Below are positions 60,076 to 64,000 of a stretch of 64,000 bases of DNA, piece after piece; within the stretch, counting starts at the first letter, position 1, and each line of letters starts with the position of its first letter. Origin of the DNA: Dipteris shenzhenensis (Eukaryota); NCBI GenBank assembly GCA_047967505.1, contig CM106538.1; one strand, written 5' to 3'. The notes below the pieces were generated by a model. That model had not been told where the DNA came from and made no database searches. It was given only the letters and a program-made list of their open reading frames with translations. A program made the translations under genes and the position numbers.

Positions 60076-61594
60076 CGCTCAAATTAACCTATCCTAAACA
60101 TGATAATTAATCGTCACATTAATCTATGCCACTGTTGTATCTGCGTATGTTCCTCCCTCACCTCTCATCCTTGCTCTCTCTCCCTTCACTCCCTCCCCCT
60201 CCAACGTCTCCCTCTCTCCACTCACTCCCTCCTTCCTCCTTCCTTCATCCCTACTCCACTCCCTCCTTTCTCCAAGAGACGAGCATTTTTCAAGCAAAAT
60301 CTTCCGAGCGTCTGAGCGAGCTAAGAAAAAAAAAAGCTTCCAACTATATAAAAATATGGTAAAAATATATCGGAACAAAACATAGTTTCACTTAGAAATA
60401 TGCAAAGTATTATAGCAATGCCTATTTGATACACAAATCTTTACATGAATCTTTGGGAATGGTGAGTAACATAATGGGTTGGCTTTTTAAGAAACCCACA
60501 TGTAGAGTAGACTTTTTTATGAAAATTCACTTATGATCATTCTTACCACTTTTACTTAATTGGAGGGTGACATTGATAACCCTCTCTCAACCTCATTGAA
60601 GTTGCCATTAAGGAAGTTTCGCCAACAAAACCCCTTTAAAGTAAGTCTTTCAAGGTAGTTTCGCTAGCGAAACTACCATGAACAACGCTTTTAAAAGTGG
60701 CATAAATTTCACGCCCAATGTCCAAATATAGTCATTCAACCACTCAAATTGATTGAAAAAACCCATTTGAGCACATCTATAGGATTATATTTTGAAAAAT
60801 CTTACATATATAGTATTAAATATTACATATATTTGATGAGAGTGATATATAAGCCCAAGTTAATACTTATTTATAGTGATTTAAACTTCTTTAAAAACAT
60901 ATCCATAAATATCTTATTATTTATGTTATTAAAATACTAAAAAGATCTTATCATATTAATATAAATATGTTAAAATAGTAATTATATATATATAATATTA
61001 TTACATTGAGAGATTATGAGGGATTTTTCTTAAAATAATTATTTTTCAACACTTTTTAAAGGTAATGACAGGGGTACAAAGGATGTCTATGAAGAAGAAA
61101 ATTTATGTTATGTAAAATTGAATGAGTGACGTTAAATGAGTGACACTTCTATATGTTTTTTGATAAAGGGATCTAGTTCTAATGAAAATTAAAAGTGTAA
61201 AAACCATGTTTTCTCAAGAAATATAATTTTTTTAATCTCTTAAAAATCACGCTCGGATAAATCTACTCATAGGTTTTTGCTCGTAAAATTGACGCACTTA
61301 AAAGAGAAAGGGAGCATAGAAATGCATGCATTCTACAACCGTACAAATTCAAATTTTGTTGTTTTGAAGCCCAAATTTCTACAATGAAAATAAAAAGAGA
61401 AATGAAAGAGAAGCATAAGCAGGTTTCTAAAGACCCAGGTCTCTTGAGCAAACCCAGTGCTTACTAAAATATGTCAATTAAACAAAGGTAACAAGAAAAA
61501 AGAAGGAAGAAAGAAAGTGACTAAGCAAAAATAAACAAATAAATCAAGAAACAAAAAGAGACAAAAAAACAAGAATAAAATTTCTCTCCTCCCG

Positions 61595-61633
<39 letters not shown>

Positions 61634-61926
61634 TTTATGTATGAAAGAAAGAATGATAAAATAAGCGAATTATTTAAAACATAAAAAACTAAAGAAACCA
61701 CTTCCTATACTTAGAATTTCATATTGTGAAGGTGAAGGCTAGGTTAATGTTGAGACTACTCATGGCTCCAAAAGCAAAGCAAAGTAAATAAAATTGATTC
61801 TAGTTAACCAAAGTCAATTGTTTTTTACTGAATTGAATCTAATAAAGATTCCTCTTTATTTCTTGGGAGAAGTATCAATTGGTGACACTTCAAATTGCTT
61901 TAAGAATGGCACGTCAAACAACGTCA

Positions 61927-61959
<33 letters not shown>

Positions 61960-62321
61960 TTTCTTCTTTGGACAGAACATTTTAGACTCTCCCTTTTTTA
62001 TCTATGAGAAAGGAGACAACATAAATTTCTAGGACAATTTTTCTTAGTGGCATAATGACCTTGATTAGAAAGTCATGGAGGTATGGTCACATTCCCTATC
62101 CAGCCTATGTGGGTGCTTTGCCCTTGATTTTTAGTATGGAAGGTTTTTAGGTACAAGTGGAACCTCGCTAGGTTGTAGGTGTACTATTTAACACATCTTT
62201 ACCTCAAAATCCATGAGCGCTCCAATCCCCTCTACGTATCTTGCGACATCGCCTTACACTTCACATCCTCACTTTGCCAAGAAGACATTTTTAATTGTAT
62301 AAAAGAAAACAAAGTCAAAAG

Positions 62322-62662
62322 CTTCTCTCCATTGAGCCAAACGTGGCATTTCTAGAGTGCCAAATGTTCACGATCATCAAACCTCATTGCTTAAAAATGG
62401 TTTTAACCCTTCAAACTCAACTTTGCATCCAGCTCCAATGGGAAAACTTTGCCTCTATGGTTGAATGTCATGAAGTCAAGGTTCTCAGAGACTTTTCTCC
62501 ATTGAGCCAAACGTGGCATTTCTAGAGTGCCAAATGTTCACTATCATCAAACCTCATTGCTTAAAAATGGTTTTAACCCTTCAAACTCAACTTTGCATCC
62601 AGCTCCAATGGGAAAACTTTGCCTCTATGGTTGAATGTCATGAAGTCAAGGTTCTCAGAGAG
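62322..62662. repeat. 170-bp near-perfect tandem duplication
   Basis: acgtggcatttctagagtgcc.. occurs at 62341 and 62511; about 2 differences by eye. Confidence 0.95.
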
Positions 62663-63901
62663 ATGCATTATCCTGCATCATCAAATATAAATGAATTAAC
62701 TAGAGTTTCAAACATTCCTACTTCACGAATGTTCTGAAATGAAAATGCCAGTTACACAAGATAATCACACCATATGAAATACGACTACTTGCAAGCAATG
62801 ATGCATGTAAAAACACAGTTTCCCCCAAGGATACTCCCAATCATTTAAGGTGTGAGAACAGGTACAGAGTTCAAACAGCTCTTTTCCTATTACTGCAGGT
62901 CGGAAAACATTTCAAGTTTCTATTTTCCTTTTCTACACCAGGGTGTTTCAACTTCCTACAAAGCTGCCAAGGCACCAGTAATTATTTCGTGTGTACTGCA
63001 TATACTTTCAATGGCTCAATATAGATGTGGATCAGATCAGTTCATACATTTTACATACTCCAGCTTTGAGAGCGAATTCTCCAACTCATTTGGAATGCAG
63101 CTGTTACATGCCTACTACTGCTTTTGCGATTACATAAGCAGTCAGCTCTTGCCCACTATAGGCTCCTTGCGGCTAGTTAGTATGCTATCTAGTTAGCTAG
63201 CTAGTCTAGAGTCTTTTTAGTAGGCTGCTGTTGTTGTTGCAACGTGGCACTTGGGGATCTATCCCATAAGCAATCTTGTAATTAGCAGCCAGTCCAGGAA
63301 CTATAAGTAGGATGATGTACTTCATTTATACATACCAGTGATCGTTCAGCTTTCATTAACATGATTCTAACAAGCTGAGTACTTGCTCAAGCTGAATTCT
63401 AAGAAGGAGATCACTCTCTACCTGTCCTTGTAGACCCTCACAAGTCCTGTGGCAGGCCCAGCCCATGACCTGCACTTTTCCCCAACTAATGAAGGTGCTT
63501 TTACTGTTTACCCTGCAATCTTTCCTAGCCTAGCTTTCAATGCTAGTAGCACATTTTCTCCAATTCAGTTCTGGCTATTTTCTGCTCGCTAGGGTCAAAG
63601 CTTGGTTCAGTAGTTACATATAACCAGAAATAGGGCCAGTCCTGTTGCATTGATATCAGAGCACAAAATCATGGGAAATTGTGGAATTGTTCATCCTTTT
63701 TACTTGCAAATCGAAGCGTGTGTTCTTGAGGCTATGGCACAACTCTGAGCCAAATTCTGTCACAGCAAGGTGCTCCAATCAGTGGATACCATGTCAGCCA
63801 GCAGACAGGCCCAATTTTCGAAATTGTCAGAAATTGAGTATTTTCTACATCAATCTGATCGCCTTGCCATCTTGATTATGCACTGTCAGGAGGACGTGAA
63901 A

Positions 63902-64000
63902 TTATGGGACTTTTGATTTGCGACTCCCGTAATTTGCGCATGACTGCCTTGAGCAGAGCCTGCCAGGGAAATTCGTTTTTACCCAGGGGCCAGTTTCAGG
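63902..64000 (-). CDS. Possible 3' end of a host gene entering from the right edge (..PETGPWVKTNFPGRLCSRQSCANYGSRKSKVP*)
   Basis: This is the only open minus-strand frame at the edge. The downstream 62.3-63.9 kb is non-TE-like, with GT/AG-like signals consistent with a spliced 3' UTR. Product not recognised. Confidence 0.3.
   Translation of the reverse strand, partial: PETGPWVKTNFPGRLCSRQSCANYGSRKSKVP

Overview
Eukaryotic, repeat-dense plant nuclear DNA with spliceosomal GT-AG introns, plant gene families and heavily C-to-T-decayed transposons. The mix of Sola-like, chromoviral and Copia elements suggests a seed-free vascular plant such as a fern, but that is inference only. Two intact host genes lie on the minus strand: a single-exon DUF4408/DUF761 'cotton fibre expressed/A70-like' gene (5714-6397) and a 7-exon peroxisomal acyl-CoA oxidase 2 (ACX2, 40417-43833, 679 aa, PTS2 signal). 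A third gene may end at the right edge. Most of the rest is nested transposons: a near-complete Ty1/copia with short LTRs and an AATCT TSD inside an older copia, which itself abuts a LINE remnant; two chromoviral Ty3/gypsy remnants; an internally deleted LTR element with an AAAGT TSD inside another copia; LINE fragments; a Helitron 3' end; and a MITE. The least expected observation is at the left edge, where a decayed Sola-like (DUF7869-type) DDD transposase sits head-to-head with a spliced gene encoding a BAH-like domain. Also notable are an exactly 48-bp-phased 15-bp motif in the DUF761 promoter and an unexplained TATA-driven, spliced-looking module bounded by inverted repeats (36.5-38.0 kb). 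No rRNA, tRNA or CRISPR was found. No database searches were possible, so all family calls rest on motif recognition.
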